Source: Candidatus Falkowbacteria bacterium (GTDB lineage: Bacteria; Patescibacteriota; Patescibacteriia; Patescibacteriales; UBA12465). From it: a stretch of DNA of 64,000 bases. The notes under the pieces were generated by a model. The model did not search any database and was not told the origin of the DNA. It saw only the letters and a list, made by a program, of their open reading frames with translations. The translations under genes were made by a program, and so were the position numbers. Location: positions 229,484-293,483 of the forward strand of contig JBAXLJ010000001.1 in assembly GCA_037134915.1 (NCBI GenBank), written 5' to 3'. Position 1 is the stretch's first letter; every line of letters starts with the position of its first letter. Positions 62,874 to 64,000 of this stretch are shown here, piece after piece.

Positions 62874-64000
62874 ATGGTTAAATCTTTTTTAAAAATAATA
62901 ATCCTATTTTCCTTAGTGGCTACGGTTTTTTTATTACAACCAGTAAAGCCCGCTCAGGCCTCAACCGCGGATAATATCCGAGGCTTAGCTTATAATAGTT
63001 TATATGGTTATATTAGTTTTAATTGCTTGGATGATGATTTTTCTGGTCGTTTTCCGTTCACTTTTCCCTTTACTTTTAACATCATTGCGTGCGCCAATAA
63101 TAATCACGGCGTTAATTTAAGTGCTGACAATAATTTCTCCGGCGACGCTTGGAATACTTTTTTAGGACTAATTACTTTTACTAGCACTTCGACGCCGCCT
63201 GACGGCGGTGCTTTTAGAGCCAACTGTGAAAATAGTGTGGCCACTAGCACAGCTTGCTATCGGGAACTTGACCGTAAAATTTATGGTTATATGCGGGTAG
63301 TTTCAACTGGCGATTGGATTAACTTAAATGATTCTTCGATAACGCCGACAGCGGGGATTACTAATTATAACGATCCGGCGCCGGGTATTTTTTCTGGTTA
63401 TGCCAGTTCGAGTTTTGGCGCTATTAGTTTTAACTGCACTAATGATGGTTCTTGTGCTACCAATAATTACAGCGTGGAAATCGGCCCCACAGAAATTAGG
63501 CAGATGACCGCTCCGAATTGGGATAGCGTTTCAGCTTGTGCTAATGGGGCCGCTCACGCCTTTCTAAAGTGGAGTCGGCGCAGTGGTACGCAAACGGCTT
63601 ATCAGTTGATTGTGAGTACGGCTAATAGCACCAGCAGTGGCGTGGTGGTTGATACTGGTAAAGTTAGTAACAGTGCGACGCAATACTCTTTTACGCCGCC
63701 AACAACTGATACGGCTTATTATTGGTTTTTAAGATTGTGGGACATCACCGATACCGTTACTCCTTGGCGGCAATTTAACACCAGTGGTACCAAAGATTGG
63801 ATCACCGATAATTATAACCGTAATTTACAGCGAGGTAATTCGGCCACTTTTACTAGTTATAAACACGAATTTCCACTGCCGCAGTTCACTTGGAATCCCA
63901 TCGAAATTGTGGTGGCCACTACTAGTAATAGTTTTATCAGTAACTCTTCCTATTACACCGACGCCAATGTTATGCAAACTTGTAGTAGCGGTTCAGTCTG
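62874..64000 (+). CDS. Secreted FN3-like protein, duplicate copy (3' end cut by the window)
   Basis: DNA identical to 50194-51320 where checked. Confidence 0.5.
   Translation, partial: MVKSFLKIIILFSLVATVFLLQPVKPAQASTADNIRGLAYNSLYGYISFNCLDDDFSGRFPFTFPFTFNIIACANNNHGVNLSADNNFSGDAWNTFLGLITFTSTSTPPDGGAFRANCENSVATSTACYRELDRKIYGYMRVVSTGDWINLNDSSITPTAGITNYNDPAPGIFSGYASSSFGAISFNCTNDGSCATNNYSVEIGPTEIRQMTAPNWDSVSACANGAAHAFLKWSRRSGTQTAYQLIVSTANSTSSGVVVDTGKVSNSATQYSFTPPTTDTAYYWFLRLWDITDTVTPWRQFNTSGTKDWITDNYNRNLQRGNSATFTSYKHEFPLPQFTWNPIEIVVATTSNSFISNSSYYTDANVMQTCSSGSV

Larger units (their letters stand above)
58494..64000 (+). repeat. Copy 2 of the direct repeat (runs to the window end)
   Basis: Identical to 45814-51320 in every stretch compared. 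Just upstream of the junction, 45804-45813 matches 58484-58493 at 8 of 10 positions: CTGGG[G/C]AAA[C/T]. Confidence 0.95.

Noticed and set aside
45814-64000. Duplication explained by a circular contig or window wrap-around
   Set aside because: The second copy matches an internal segment (45814 onward), not the window start. The junction is an in-frame join with 8/10 matching bases just upstream, inside two genes.

Overview
AT-rich bacterial chromosome segment that uses the standard code: TGA terminates well-supported genes such as pncA, pilO and femAB. The gene content is reduced-genome housekeeping (ung, def, thrS, zwf, engB, lexA, NAD salvage), a large type IV pilus/competence locus, FemAB, and many small secreted or membrane hypotheticals. 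This fits a CPR/Patescibacteria-like organism, but that placement is inference only. Four things stand out. (1) Two arrays of one- or two-gene cassettes (1-2200 and 13624-17950) are separated by a ~65-70 nt same-strand repeat. The 5' half of the repeat is a degenerate copy of the T-loop-to-acceptor 3' end of the adjacent tRNA-Ser(UGA). The 3' half is TTGACA-N17-TATNNT overlapping a hairpin and T-run. No recombinase is present in the window. I read this as a tRNA-anchored, integron-like cassette platform (hypothesis). (2) Three cassettes carry a ~100 nt conserved leader that folds into a long hairpin with compensatory base-pair changes. (3) A direct repeat of at least 5.5 kb with a 12,680 bp offset (45814-51320 = 58494-64000, cut by the window end) shows no differences in the translations and bases I compared. 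It duplicates the pilC 3' part, four pilins, femAB, ybeY and a secreted protein. Its junction fuses a ~1,180 aa tail-fibre-like repeat protein in frame to the C-terminal 262 aa of PilC. (4) The window also holds several compact regulatory or fusion features. These are a canonical T-box leader on thrS, an SdpR/SdpI-like pair with a consensus promoter and a perfect 20-bp palindrome, a GH18-NodB-GT2 triple-fusion exopolysaccharide enzyme, a Trx-TrxR fusion, a pncA-pncB-nudix-prs-nadE cluster and an AbiEii toxin pair. No rRNA, CRISPR array, transposase or integrase was seen.
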